NCBI GenBank assembly: GCA_963844715.1
Contig: CAWJPJ010000007.1
Coordinates: 352,001 to 416,000 of the forward strand
Source: an uncultured Phycisphaerales bacterium
GTDB lineage: Bacteria; Planctomycetota; Phycisphaerae; Tepidisphaerales; Tepidisphaeraceae
Reading direction: 5' to 3'
DNA length: 64,000 bases
Under the pieces are notes generated by a model. It saw nothing but the letters and a program-made list of their open reading frames with translations. It ran no database searches and was not told the origin of the DNA. The translations under genes and the position numbers were made by a program. Below, piece after piece: positions 9,925-24,987 of the stretch. Each line of letters opens with the position of its first letter. Position 1 is the first letter of the stretch.

Positions 9925-10890
9925 CTACGGTTCCCAGAGGTAGTAAAACCCGGCGGGAACGAGGTTCTGGGCGAGAGGGAGCCGGATGTTCATGTCATTA
10001 CTCTTCGGCTCGGGGACCGAATCAACGGCATAAATTGAGCCGGTATAGCCATAGGGACGGCGGTACATGACGGCCTCGGCGTTGGGCACGCCGGCCATCT
10101 GGCGGGCGAGATCCAGGGCGTCGTTGAGGCGCCCCGTCTGGTCGGCCAGGCCGAGTTCCACGGATTTTTCTCCCGTGAAGACGCGACCGTCGGTGACGAC
10201 GGCCAAATCGCTATCCTTGATGGTTCGGTGACTTGTGACGACCAGTTTGAACCGGGCAAAGTACTCGTTGACCATGTCCTGCATGACCTGGCGTTCGTGG
10301 GGGGTCATGTGCTTGAAGGGGGAGCCCATATCCTTGAGTTCGCCGGATTTGATGGCGTCGGACTGGATGCCCAGCATTTGCATGGTTCCGACCACGTCGA
10401 AGGTTTCGAAGATCACGCCGATGCAGCCGACGACGCTGGTGGGATTGACCACGATTTTGTCGGCGGCGCAGCTGAGGTAATAGGCGCCGCTGGCGTCGAT
10501 TTCCTGGGCGGCGGCGATGACCGGTTTGTGGGTTTTTTCGCGGAATTTAAGGACAGCGTCGTACATGGTGTCCGAGGTGGTCACCGATCCGCCCGGCGAA
10601 TTGATCCGCAGGACGACGGCCTTCACGGAATCATCGTCGGCGGCGGCGTTGAGTTCCTCGACGAAGAGGCTCATGGGGTTTTCGGTCGCCTGGAGGAGTC
10701 CGCCGCTTCGGGCGTCGAGGAGCATTCCGTCGACGGGGATCAGGGCTACTTTATCGGGGAAAAGTCCTTTGCCGGGCTGGACGACGTCTTCGTGAAGTTC
10801 AAAGCTTCCCGAGACCGGGGTAACCAGAACGCTGGGCATTCCACAGCCAGTGAGTAAAAGTGCCAATCCAAGGCACAGGCCGGTTCGCAT
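9925..10890 (-). CDS. sppA: Signal peptide peptidase SppA (S49, short form), lipoprotein
   Basis: Lipobox LLTGC; motifs LRINSPGGS, ASGAYY, GCIGV, KSGELKD, DGRVFTG. Confidence 0.9.
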   Translation of the reverse strand: MRTGLCLGLALLLTGCGMPSVLVTPVSGSFELHEDVVQPGKGLFPDKVALIPVDGMLLDARSGGLLQATENPMSLFVEELNAAADDDSVKAVVLRINSPGGSVTTSDTMYDAVLKFREKTHKPVIAAAQEIDASGAYYLSCAADKIVVNPTSVVGCIGVIFETFDVVGTMQMLGIQSDAIKSGELKDMGSPFKHMTPHERQVMQDMVNEYFARFKLVVTSHRTIKDSDLAVVTDGRVFTGEKSVELGLADQTGRLNDALDLARQMAGVPNAEAVMYRRPYGYTGSIYAVDSVPEPKSNDMNIRLPLAQNLVPAGFYYLWEP

Positions 10891-10951
10891 ATCTCAACCT
10901 CTTTGTTGAAATGGGTGGTACTATTTTGACCGCTCGCCGGAGATTCTAGTC

Positions 10952-11329
10952 ATGGCCTATCACGTGAGCAAAGCGCGGTTTTCGGAGCTGGTGACGCAGG
11001 CGCTGGCGGATGTGCCGAAAGAATTTGCGGATTTTTTGGAAGAGGTTCCGGTCGAGGTGATGGACAATCCGACGCAGCGCATGCTGGATTCGGTGGGGCT
11101 GAAGAACGGGATTTTGCTGGGTTTATATCGCGGGAGGCCTCGCACGGTGCGGAACGTCGAGGATTCGGGGGTGCTGCCGGATGTGATATATATTTTTCAG
11201 AATTCGATTGAAACCGTATGCAATTCAGAGGATGAATTGATCCGTCAGGTGCGGATTACCGTACTACATGAAATCGGGCATCACTTTGGCTTGAGCGACG
11301 AGGACTTGGGAAAGCTCGGATATCAGTGA
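10952..11329 (+). CDS. Zincin-like metallopeptidase family protein (Zincin_1/DUF1025)
   Basis: LLGLYRG...PDVIYIF...TVLHEIGHHFG (HExxH). Confidence 0.88.
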   Translation: MAYHVSKARFSELVTQALADVPKEFADFLEEVPVEVMDNPTQRMLDSVGLKNGILLGLYRGRPRTVRNVEDSGVLPDVIYIFQNSIETVCNSEDELIRQVRITVLHEIGHHFGLSDEDLGKLGYQ

Positions 11330-11596
11330 ATAAGCGGGTTTGGTTATCGGACCTTATAGATATCTTAACCTTCTGCAAATAATATAGTTACGCGAAGGGG
11401 CATGATGGACGTTTCCGAGCCTTAATGTACAATCGTGTTCTGAGGTTCGTCGGACCGATCTTTGGAGGGTCGGTTTTTCATTCGCCTGGCTCGGAATTGC
11501 GTGGACAGAACTAATTTGGGAATTTATCGTCGTCGCTCCGGCTCAAATTGGGGCGGTCGCGATGCGGGTCGAGTTGTCGAGAGGATACCGAACGTC

Positions 11597-12457
11597 ATGT
11601 TGATGCGCGGCAAATGGATATTGTGTCTGGCTTTGGCGGGTAGCTTGTGTTTATTAAGGTCCGCGCCGGCGGATGAGTCGACGGGCGGACCCGGGGCGAC
11701 CGGTGCGGATGGATCGACGGTGGTGCAGGCGCTGAGCCTGCCTTCCTCGAAGCACAATCTCTCCTTTATGGATGTGGGGATTCTGAAAGAGGTGCTGGTC
11801 AAACCCGGGGATGCCGTGACGGTCGGGCAGGAACTGGCGCACGAGGACAGCGATCTGGACGAACTGGATTACAAGGCGGCCAAGATCGACGCGGATTCGA
11901 CGAGCAAGATCGACGGGGCGATGGTGGCGCGGGACGCCAAGAAGCGGCAGTGGCAGAACAAAGAAAAAGCGCATGACGCCGGCGGGGCGGCCAATGAGGA
12001 AGAGGTGGAAGAGGCCAGGCTGGAATACGAGGAAGCGGAGATCGACATCAAGCTGGCCCAGGAGCTTCACGACGAAAAGGAAGCCGAGCTGGTGAAGATG
12101 GAGCGCAAGATCGAGAAGATGAAATTGCTCAGCCCGGTGGACGGGTTCGTGGAAAAAGTCAATCTACAGTCGGGTGAGGTGGTCGATCCGAACAAGCCGG
12201 ATGGCGCGCTGACGGTCGTGAAGATCAATCCCCTGTGGGTGGACATGCACCTGACGCTCGAGCAGGCGGCGAAGCTGAAAATGGGAGATAAGTTGACGGC
12301 ATCCTATGCGAACGATCCGGATCAGACGGTCACCGGTACGGTGATCTACTTCGATCCGGTGGTGGATGCGACGGTGGATCAGCAAACCGTGCGGCTGGAG
12401 GTGCCGAACGACCAGAATAAGCCGGCAGGGATGCTGCTTAACGTGCGGATTCCTTAA
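11597..12457 (+). CDS. HlyD/RND-type periplasmic adaptor (membrane fusion protein)
   Basis: Signal peptide, lipoyl half-motifs 'GILKEVLVKPGDAVTVGQEL' and 'LLSPVDGFV', a coiled coil between them, and a beta-barrel 'GTVIYFDPVVD...PAGM'. Confidence 0.88.
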   Translation: MLMRGKWILCLALAGSLCLLRSAPADESTGGPGATGADGSTVVQALSLPSSKHNLSFMDVGILKEVLVKPGDAVTVGQELAHEDSDLDELDYKAAKIDADSTSKIDGAMVARDAKKRQWQNKEKAHDAGGAANEEEVEEARLEYEEAEIDIKLAQELHDEKEAELVKMERKIEKMKLLSPVDGFVEKVNLQSGEVVDPNKPDGALTVVKINPLWVDMHLTLEQAAKLKMGDKLTASYANDPDQTVTGTVIYFDPVVDATVDQQTVRLEVPNDQNKPAGMLLNVRIP

Positions 12458-12477
12458 CTGTTTGAGGAAGGTGACCG

Positions 12478-14426
12478 GTGTCTTCAGGAATCGTTGAATC
12501 TCAGGATCAAGAACAAGACCACGGGCAGGATCAGAACCAGAACAAGCAGGGTGAGGCCCAGGATGCGCTCCAGCAACCGGGCGGAGGGCGCTCGCGGCTG
12601 GTGCAACGGCTGCTGGCGGCGTCGGCGAACCTCTCGCAGTTCATCGACGATCTGCTCCGCACGCAGGCCGTCATGGTCGCCGGGACCGAGGCGGCTGGAT
12701 TTATCTTCGAGCGCACGGACGCGGGGATGACCCTTCGAAACATCGCGCACGTGCGGCCGGATAACAGCACCGCGGAGACGCGCGCGGCGGCAATCACCGC
12801 CTTTCAGGAGATCATCAAGCCCTGCATCGAGCAGCAAAAAGACGGGGCTATCGAAGTCCAGGGGAGCGACGGAGCATCGGAAGCGCAATATTGCCTGGTG
12901 ACGGTGCTTCGGACGGAAAAAGAGATCATCGGCGCCAGCGCCGTGATCACGCGCTGCCGGGACCTGGAGCGAGCGCAGCAGCGGCTGGTGTCGATGCAGC
13001 TCGTCGCGGGATATTTCGAGCTTTACACGCTTCGCCGGCAGAGCGAGCAGTCGCAGATCGTCGCCCACTCGCACCAGCATGTTCTGCAACTGGCGACGGC
13101 GGTCGCCACGGCCGAGGGATTCGAATCGGCGGGGATGAATCTCTGCAACGAGCTTGCGACACGAACCGGGGCGGGCCGCGTGGCGCTGGGATGGATCAAG
13201 GGGCGGAGCATGCGCGTCAAGGCGCTGTCTCATACGGAAGAATTCGACAAGAAACAGGAACTGATCAAGCAGCTCGAAGACGTGATGGAGGAATCCATCG
13301 ACCAGGAAGAGCCGGTGCAGTTCGACCCGGATGGAACGGGGACCGGGAATGTCAGCCGATGCGCAGAATCTTTCGCGCACAGAAGGCGGGAACACCGTTC
13401 TGACGCTGCCGCTGCGGCGGCGCGCGGACATTGTCGGGGCGATCACGCTTGAGTTTCCGGCGGCGCACAAGATTTCTCCGCAGGCGTCCACAGGGCTCGC
13501 CGTAGCGGTGGATTTGCTCGCGCCGCAGCTTTATGACCGGTATCAAAACGACCGCTGGCTGATCACCAAAGTGGGATTCGAGCGCCAAGGAACTGGCCAA
13601 GGAAGCGATCGGCCCGCAGCACATGATCGCCAAGACGCTGTCGGTGGTAATCCCGGCGGCGATTGTCTTCATCTGCCTGTTCAGGCCCATGTATCACGTC
13701 AGCGCACCGTTCCAGTTTGATTCCGTGGACAAGCGGAGGCTGGATGCGCCGATCGACGGGTACATCAAGCAGGTGCTCGTGAAGCCTGGGGACACGATCA
13801 AAGCGGGGCAGGTTTTGCTGTCGATGGATACGTCGGATTTGCAATTGAAGCTGGCGGATTCGAACGCCGAGGCGGCGAAGTACCAGGCCGAATATTCCAA
13901 GGACGCCGCCGACCCGGAGAAGCAGGCGGATGCGGCGATCGCGATGGCGGAAAAGCAGGCGTCGCTGGCGGATTCGAAGCTGTATCAGGATCAGATCGAC
14001 CGGGCCCAGATCAAAGCGCCGTTTGACGGGGTCGTGCTCAAGGGCGATCTGACCGACGAAGTCCTGGCGCCCAAGAAGCAGGGGGACGAGCTTTTCACCG
14101 TGGCGGCAACAAGCGGCTTGCGGGCGAACCTCGCGGTGAGCGATCGGGATATTCAGGAACTGAAAGTCACACAGATCGGATATCTGGCGACGACCAGCCT
14201 GCCGACGGAAAAGTTTAAATTCACGCTGAATCGAATCGTGCCGCTGGGCGAACCCAAGGAAGGCGAGAACATCTTTACGGTTTACGCACATCTGGATCAG
14301 ACTTCGCCCGAGTGGCGTCCCGGCATGGCGGGCGAGGCGCGGGTGGAAGTCGGCAAGCGGCGGCTGATCTGGATCTGGACGCACAAGCTGGTGGATTGGT
14401 TCCGCCTGAAACTGTGGTCGTTCTAG
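12478..14426 (+). CDS. GAF-domain + HlyD-type adaptor fusion protein (frameshifts near 13370 and 13580)
   Basis: GAF-like repeats ('LCNELATRTGAGRVALG', 'LTLPLRRRADIVGAITLE'), then a TM segment, 'APIDGYIKQVLVKPGD', 'IKAPFDGVVLKGDL' and 'WRPGMAGEARV...WIWTHKLVDWFRLKLW'. Confidence 0.8.
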
Positions 14427-14439
14427 AAGGGGATCGAAC

Positions 14440-16654
14440 TTGCTTCAACTCAGGCCGACATTCTCGGAATCCTGGTATCGCGTCGCCGACTTATGTCCGC
14501 GGCTGCGGCCGGGCGCGCAAATTTCGCGGCAATTCTTTCGCGGCGAGCGCTGGTACGTGGTGCGCGATTTGGCGGGGAACCAGTTCCATCGCCTGAGCGA
14601 CGCGGCGTATCGGTTCGTGGGATTGCTCGACGGGCGACGGACGGTCGCCGATGCCTGGGAGCTTGTCGGGGGACAGCTTGCGGATGATGCTCCGACCCAG
14701 CCGGAAGTCATCCAGATTCTTTCCCAGCTCTATTCGGCGAACCTGCTTTCGACGGACATCACGCCCGACGCGACGGTTCTGCTTCGTCGCCACAAGCAGA
14801 TGGTTCAGCGCAAGATGCAGAACCGTCTGATGAACGTGTTGTTTCCGCGCGTCCCGATCTGGGATCCAGACCGTTTCCTCAAGCGCTGGATGCCGGTCAC
14901 GCGGGCGTTGTTTAGCAAAATCGGGGCGATCATCTGGCTGGTGGTTTTGCTTGCGGCGCTGGGAACGGTTCTGCCGCAATGGACCGAACTGAAATCAGCG
15001 GCGACCCATGCGCTAGACATGAAGAACAACTGGGAGAATTTGTTCTACCTGTACGCGACGTTCGTGGTGATCAAGTTCTGCCACGAATGGGGTCACGCGG
15101 CGGCATGCCGGAGGTTTGGCGGGGAATGCCATGAAATGGGGATCATGCTCCTGGTGCTGGTGCCGACGCCGTATGTCGATGCGTCCAGCGCCTGGGCGTT
15201 TCCGAACAAGTGGCACCGGATTTTCGTGGGCGCGGCGGGGATGATCGTCGAGCTGTTCATCGCTTCGCTGTGCGCGTTCGTTTGGCGATATACCAATCCG
15301 GAAATCAACCCCCTGGTCAATCAATTGGCCTATAACGCGATGTTCATCGCGAGCGTTTCGACCCTCCTATTCAATGCCAACCCGCTGCTGCGATATGACG
15401 GATACTACATTCTGTCGGATTTGATCGAGATTCCGAACCTTCGGCAGAAGAGTTCGGATTACACGCTGGGGTTGATCAAGCGGCATGTTTTCCGCCTCAA
15501 GCTGACCCAGCCGCTGCCCCCGCCGGGACAGAGGGCGTGGCTGCTGGCCTATTCGATCACCAGCAGCATCTATCGCGTTTTCATCGGATTCATGATCGTG
15601 CTCATCGTGGCGTACAAGGTGCCGGTGCTGGGCATTTTGATGGCCGCCGGCGGAGTGATTACCTGGGCGGCGGTGCCCACGGTTCAACTCTGGCGGTATC
15701 TGCTGATCGATCCGGAATTGCATCGCAAACGAACTCGGGCAATTGCGTTTACCTGTTCGGTGACAGCGGTGGCGGTGATTCTGATTGGTTTGATCCGCTT
15801 CCCGGTACACATTGAATTTGCCGGCGTGGTTCAGCCGGACGATCCCATGGGAATTGACGGGCGCCCGATCACGGGCACTTTAAAGACCGGCGGCGAAGGC
15901 ACCGTAGCGATAATCGACGCCAAGGACGGGCAGCTTGTGCAGGCGGGGCAGACGATCCTGCAACTCTGGAACCCGACGGTGGAACACGACGTCGCCTGGG
16001 CGCAGGCGAAAATCGAGGAGACCAACGAGTTGATTCGGATGTCACGCGCGACGGATCAGAACGAACTGGTAAAGAGCGAGGCGGTCCTGGTTGCGTGGCA
16101 GAGCCGTCTGGACGACGCGATGGAAAAAGAACGCGATCTTTCGGTAAAGGCCCCGTTCACTGGGCGTCTGGTTGCGCCGAAACTGGCGGAGCTGGAGGGA
16201 GCGTTCCTGCCGCGCGGGGCGGAAATTGGCTCGGTCGCGGTTTTGGATAAGCTGATCATCAAAGGGGACATCGAGCAAAAAGACGCCGAACTGGCCAGGA
16301 ACACGCCCGGGCTCAAGGCGGAGATCCGCCTGTCCGGCATGATGGACCAGACCCTTCCGGTTGCCGTGGGCGCGGTGACATTCCCCCCGGCGGCGGTTTC
16401 GGAAGTGGCGCATCCCGTCCCTGGGTACGGCCGGTGGCGGAGAAATCATGACCGATCCGCATGATCCAAATGGCATGAAGACGGTTACGCCGCAGTTTGA
16501 GGCGCACGTCAAACTCGACAACTCGGAGCAGCAGTATTACGCGGGGCAAACGGCATACGTGAGGCTGACGCTGGACAAAAAACCGCTCATCTGGCAATGG
16601 TCGCGCCGGCTGCTCCAGCTTCTACAGGTCAACGACACCGGAAAATGGATTTGA
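14440..16654 (+). CDS. Site-2 protease (M50) family protein with an N-terminal PqqD/RRE-like domain and a C-terminal HlyD-type adaptor (frameshift near 16425)
   Basis: HEWGH (HExxH) and NANPLLRYDGYY (NPxxxxDG). N-terminal 'GLLDGRRTVADAW...ILSQLYSANLL' is PqqD-like; C-terminal 'VKAPFTGRL' is a lipoyl half-motif. Confidence 0.85.
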
Positions 16655-16661
16655 GCCAATC

Positions 16662-18596
<1,935 letters not shown>

Positions 18597-18712
18597 GGGT
18601 TTGGGCTGATGGAATCCCGCGGGGGCGCAGGATCGCGGACGGTGGGGGTTCTAGTAAAGACCGCAGGCAAATTTTATCATAGCGCGAATCTGCTGTGTGC
18701 GCCAATAACCTC

Positions 18713-19763
18713 ATGTCCGGGCGCCATCCGCTGGTCTTTGTTCTTCATAGCAGCAATCTGTACGGCACGGAGCGGATGTCGCTGACGATGGCGGCGGGAC
18801 TGTCCGACGAATTCGAGCCGATTTTTCTGGCTCCGCCGGGGCCGGCGCTGGGGGAAGCCGAGCGGCTGGGGTTCGCGACGGGGACGTATCGCACGAGCCC
18901 CGATCTGGCCAAGGCACTCGGCCGATTTTGCGAACCGAAAAATCGCTGACGCTGGTGGCGACCGGGCCGCGGTATTCGCTGGTTTGCATGGCGCTGAACC
19001 TGCTCTACTGGCGGAAGGTCAAACACATTCAAATGGTTCAAGGGGGGGCTGGGGAATGGAAGGATTACGGCGCAAGAAACTTCTCAATCCGTTTAACATC
19101 ACGTTCGTGACGGTTTCGCCGTATTGCCGGGACAAGCTGATCCAGTACGGCGTTCGCCGCCCGATCGAAGTGGTGGGAAACTTTCTTCTCGACCGGCAGG
19201 TTCGCGATGCGCCGCGGAGGGCCGCATTCGATCGGCCCGTGTCCCGGGCGCTGGTCGTTTCGCGGCTCGTCGAATTGAAACGGCTGGACGTGATATTCGA
19301 CGCGCTCGAATGCCGCCCGGAACTTGGCGATTTGCCGATCGACATTTTGGGCGACGGACCGGACCGGGATAAATATGAGCGCCGCGCGGCGAATCATCGC
19401 AACGTCCGGCTTCTGGGATTTCAGGCCGGCGCGGCGGAGCATTACGCGGCGTCCGATCTCCTCATCCATACCTGCCCGACCGAACCGTTTGGAATGGTCA
19501 TCCTCGAGGCGATGGCGGCCCGCATTCCGGTGCTGGTTCCGGACGAGGGCGGGGCCGCGGCGCTGATCGACGACGGGCGCACGGGGTTCAAATTCAAGGC
19601 CGACGATCCGCGCGATCTGGCCCGGAAAATCGCGGAATTACGCGGCATCGATCCGGCGCGTTTGAACGCGATCGTCGATACCGCCGCCGGCGAATTGCAA
19701 ACCCGCTTTTCGGAACAGGCGTCGCTTCGGGAATATCGCAGGCTGTTTGCCCCAGAGAAATAA
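18713..19763 (+). CDS. GT-B glycosyltransferase, family 4 (frameshifted)
   Basis: N-terminal 'VFVLHSSNLYGTERM'; C-terminal 'VSRLVELKRLD...EPFGMVILEAMAARIPV...GFKF'. Confidence 0.85.
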
Positions 19764-19764
19764 C

Positions 19765-20827
19765 ATGCCGGCCGACACCCGACACCCTCTTTTTTACGTG
19801 CTGCATTCAAGCCATCTGTTCGGGACGGAACGCATGGCGCTGGCGACAGTGGCCGGCCTGGCTGACGAATTCCGCCCGATTTTGTTTGGGCCCCCCGGGG
19901 AGGCGATGGATTTGGCCGAGAAAATAGGATACGCGGCGCGGCGGTTTCGCGGGGCGAAAGAACTGGCGAAAGTCCTGCGGCCGGAACTGAAGGCGAATCG
20001 ATCGCTGACGTTTGTGGCGACGGGAATCTCGCAATCGGCGGTTTGCATCGCGCTGAATCTCCTGTACCGGCGCAAAATCAATCACATTCAGATCGTCCAC
20101 GGGGGAACCGACGAGCGCGGGAGCTTCGGGCGAAAGAAGGCGCTGAATCACGCGGGGGTGACGTTCGTAACGGTTTCGGAGTATGCGCAGCGAGCGCATG
20201 ATCGCCAACGGCGTCCGGGCGGACCGTATTGAAGTCGTGAATAATTTTCTGCCGGCGGAGTATCTGGCATCCGCGCCGCGGCGGGGGGTTTATGGCGCGA
20301 GCGTGAAAAGCGTGCTCGTCGTTTCGCGGCTGGATCCGATGAAGCGCATGGATTTACTGCTGGATGCGCTTGATCGGCGGCCGGAATTGAAGAATTTGTC
20401 GTTCAAGATTCTGGGGTTGGGGACGGAGATGAATCGGCTGGTGGAGCGGGCCGGGAAATCGCATCCGAATGTGCAATTTGCCGGATTCAGCGATCGGGTT
20501 GGGGAGGAATTGGCCGGAGCGGATCTGCTTTTGCACACGTGCCCAGTGGAGCCGTTTGGACTGGCGATACTCGAGGCCATGGCGGCGAATCTGGCGGTGC
20601 TGGTTCCGGATCAGGGCGGGGCGGCGCTGCTTGTGGAGGAGGGGGCGAGCGGATTTAAATTCCGCGCAGGACGACGCCGGGCATCTGGCGGATCGACTGC
20701 TCGAATTGAAATCGGCGGACGCCGAGAGGTTGAATCGTGCCGTTGCGGGGGGACGGATCGCGGTCGAAGAGACTTTTTCAGCGCGGGCGGGCCTTGAGCG
20801 GTATCGGCGGCTGCTTGCGCCAAAAGC

Positions 20828-20831
<4 letters not shown>
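19765..20831 (+). CDS. GT-B glycosyltransferase, family 4; paralog of the upstream gene (frameshifted)
   Basis: 'FYVLHSSHLFGTERM', 'VSRLDPMKRMD...EPFGLAILEAMAANLAV'. Confidence 0.85.
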
Positions 20832-22110
<1,279 letters not shown>

Positions 22111-22180
22111 GGACAATTCAGTTTACCGCCAAGCCACGAAGGACGCGAAGAATTATAAACAAATACCGGAATTCCAATTC

Positions 22181-22954
22181 TCAAGTCTCTTCGCGGTGCA
22201 AAGAAAAAATTCGAATCGGCCGCGGTCGCGTCTCCACCTTTTCCTCTTCCTGCGACACCGCCCACCCTCTTTCGGCAATCCACGGGAAAAACAAATCCCC
22301 CGTCTGCCTCCCAGGCTCCCCCAGCAAAATTCGCCCGTCCCCGGCCAGATGCTCCGCCCAGAATTTGTCCAGATACTCCCACTGCCCCCGTTCGTACAAA
22401 ATGTCCGATCCCAGAATGAGATCGAATTTCTCCCCCAGCCGATCCTTCCTCCAATCCACTTTTCGAAATCGCACGTGCTCCCCAAACGGCAGCGCATTCA
22501 ATCGCGCAAACAGCAACGCCGGCGTTTCCAGATCGGCAAACAAAACCTCCGCTCCGCACGCCGCCGCCGCCGCGCCCGCCAATCCCATCCCGCATCCCAA
22601 ATCCAAAACGCGAATCCCCCGCGGGAGCGCCAGCCGTGAAATCTTCCCCGCCACACCGCTGGCGCTATCCCACAATTCCGCCCAATAGGGAAGATGGGGG
22701 GGATCGGCCAGACGAACCCCGGAATTTTTTTCCCGCCGATCTTCTTCCTCGATGATCTGATCCAGCACCACATCCGGATCGGTCACGAGGGTGATATTCA
22801 ATCTCAATTCTCCGAACCGCGCCACCCGTGACGTCGTCGAAAACCGCTTTGCGATGCGATGGCGGAGCCTCAGCTCCGCTTGCCGCCTCCCATCCCGACC
22901 AGCCGGCAAAACCCGCATTCGGGGTGCCGAAATTTGTGCCGAAAGTGTCGCCAT
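22181..22954 (-). CDS. Class I SAM-dependent methyltransferase (Methyltransf_16, protein-lysine MTase-like)
   Basis: PYWAELWDSA, VLDLGCGMGL, ILGSDILYE. Confidence 0.85.
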   Translation of the reverse strand: MATLSAQISAPRMRVLPAGRDGRRQAELRLRHRIAKRFSTTSRVARFGELRLNITLVTDPDVVLDQIIEEEDRREKNSGVRLADPPHLPYWAELWDSASGVAGKISRLALPRGIRVLDLGCGMGLAGAAAAACGAEVLFADLETPALLFARLNALPFGEHVRFRKVDWRKDRLGEKFDLILGSDILYERGQWEYLDKFWAEHLAGDGRILLGEPGRQTGDLFFPWIAERGWAVSQEEEKVETRPRPIRIFSLHREET

Positions 22955-23060
22955 TTCAGGGCCGAGATAATACCATCCGCCCTTGGATTTCCACTCCCAG
23001 CGCTGCTATGCTTCCACAAGCACTTGGCGGATGCAGGGAACGATCATTTGGAGTTCTTTG

Positions 23061-23288
23061 GTGGTTAAGCGGGCGGCATTGGCGGCGGGAGTAGTTGCGC
23101 TGGCGGGTCTGACTGCCTGTAGCTCAAAGCTGGAAACAGGCTACGAACCGACCAAGCTCGACATGTCTATCGCGCAACGAAAAGCCCTCTATGCCGATCC
23201 CTACAGCCCCGAAGCTCAGGACGCCCAAAAGGACGGGGGCGACCAGAACGCGGGGCAGGGTCAGTTCCATACGCCAACGAGCTATTGA
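23061..23288 (+). CDS. Small lipoprotein
   Basis: GTG start; MVKRAALAAGVVALAGLTAC carries a lipobox. Confidence 0.7.
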   Translation: MVKRAALAAGVVALAGLTACSSKLETGYEPTKLDMSIAQRKALYADPYSPEAQDAQKDGGDQNAGQGQFHTPTSY

Positions 23289-23342
23289 GCGGTTTGTATG
23301 GATTGACCCCGACACGTCGGCATAAAATCGACTGGTGAGTTT

Positions 23343-23993
23343 GTGGTACCTATCGAACCAAAGCAGTTCGTCCAGCTTGTCGAGCCTCTCCTGGCTCAGC
23401 AGGATGTAGCCGGACTGCTCGCACTATTGAAATCGCAGTGGTCGCCCGACCAACTCCGGGCACTGCTCCGTTCCGAGCATGTTGATGCGAAAAAAGTGGC
23501 CCTGCTGGCTATGGCGCTGGTGGGGCCAAGTTGTTGTTGCGAAGAACTCGCCCTCCAGTTGCGCGACCCCGACCCGATCATCAACCAACTGGCCGAACAC
23601 GCCCTCTGGGCCGTCTGGTTCCGTAGCGGCAAATGTGAAAAAGCCAATCAGCTCGTCTGCCGCGGCGCCGAAGCACTCGATGGGAAAGATCTCCTCGCCG
23701 CCATCGAACTCTTCAGCCAGGCGATTCACGTCGATCCCAATTTCGCCGAGGCCTACAACCAGAGGGCGATCGCCTACTACCTCCTCGAGGAATATGAAAA
23801 GAGCGTCGCCGATTGCCGCCGCGCCATCCTCAGGATGCCCTGCCATTTCGGAGCCTGGTCCGGCAGCGGCCACTGTCACGCCCACCTCAACGAAATTCCC
23901 CAAGCCATCGAATGCTATCAAAAAGCCCTCTGCATCAACCCCCATCTTGAATGTGTCCGCGAAACCGTCACCGAACTGCAAAAACGCTTCTGA
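23343..23993 (+). CDS. HEAT-repeat + TPR protein
   Basis: 'LRDPDPIINQLAEHALW' (HEAT); 'AIHVDPNFAEAYNQRAIAYY' and 'AIECYQKALCINP' (TPR). Confidence 0.8.
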   Translation: MVPIEPKQFVQLVEPLLAQQDVAGLLALLKSQWSPDQLRALLRSEHVDAKKVALLAMALVGPSCCCEELALQLRDPDPIINQLAEHALWAVWFRSGKCEKANQLVCRGAEALDGKDLLAAIELFSQAIHVDPNFAEAYNQRAIAYYLLEEYEKSVADCRRAILRMPCHFGAWSGSGHCHAHLNEIPQAIECYQKALCINPHLECVRETVTELQKRF

Positions 23994-23997
23994 ATTT

Positions 23998-24987
23998 ATG
24001 CCGCCGAAGACGGAAAAATTCCTGCGCGGCGTTCGGCGGAGAATCGCCCTCGTCCGCGTGATCGAAAGCATCGGCGTCGCCTGCCTTGCAGCCTCGGCTC
24101 TCGGCTCCGTCCTGGTCATCGCCTCGATCTGGCGGGGCCAATCCGCCTTCGGAATCGCCGCTGGATTCCTAGCCCTCGGATTCGCCGCCGGCCTCCTCTG
24201 GGGATTCACCCGAATTCCCTCAACACTCGCCGCCGCTGCCGAAGCCGATCGTCAATTGGGCCTCCACGATCTCCTCGCCACCCTCCTCCTCAGTCGCACA
24301 AACGACCTCACCTGGATGCACGCCGTCGCCGCAATGGCCGAAGACCGCTGCGCTCGCTTTCACCCGCGTGAAGTAGTCGTTGCCAAATTCGGATTGCGCG
24401 CCTGGAGCGGCATCGGTCTATCCGCCGCTCTACTACTGACTCTCTCTCTATTCTCAGGTCATCCGACAGAGCTGCGCTGACGAAACCCCAAATTTCGACG
24501 ACGGCCTCGCCCTGCCAGACCCCCCAGCAGAAGCCGACGCTCTCCGCCTCGCCCCCTTCGAATCCTCCCGCCCCGGCGGAAAAGGAGCCGATCCAGACCA
24601 GGCCCGCCCCTTCGGCGACGATCAAACCACAGACGGCGCAACCGCAACGACCGGCAACGCCAATCGGCGGGATTAAACGCCGCATCCGATTCCGGCGCCG
24701 GCGAAGGACTCTCCCTCACCCCGGGGAATTTTTCAGTTCAAGATCCAATCAGCGGCTCAGGCCTCAGCCGCGCAACCCCAACCGGCCCCACAGCCGGCGG
24801 CGGCGATTCGACACTGATCCCCGGAACTGCCCAACCCTCCGGCGGATCAGCTTCCGCTTCAGCAACCCCACGTCGCGCCCCCCCGCGCGCGAGCGGCGGC
24901 CCCCAACCCACCGGCGCAACCTCGGCGCAATCCAACGTCCCCGATTGGGCCACCGATTTAGTCCAAGGCTATTTCCAAAGAGACTGA
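23998..24987 (+). CDS. Membrane protein with low-complexity linker and a '[13 protein letters not shown]' C-terminus (frameshifted)
   Basis: TM segments, '[16 protein letters not shown]', and a C-terminal motif ending at TGA 24985-24987. Confidence 0.55.

Noticed and set aside
11366..11398. dif-like site TTCTGCAAATAATATAGTTACGCGAAGG
   Set aside because: It matches the XerC/XerD arms and spacing poorly and lies 10 kb from the skew flip.
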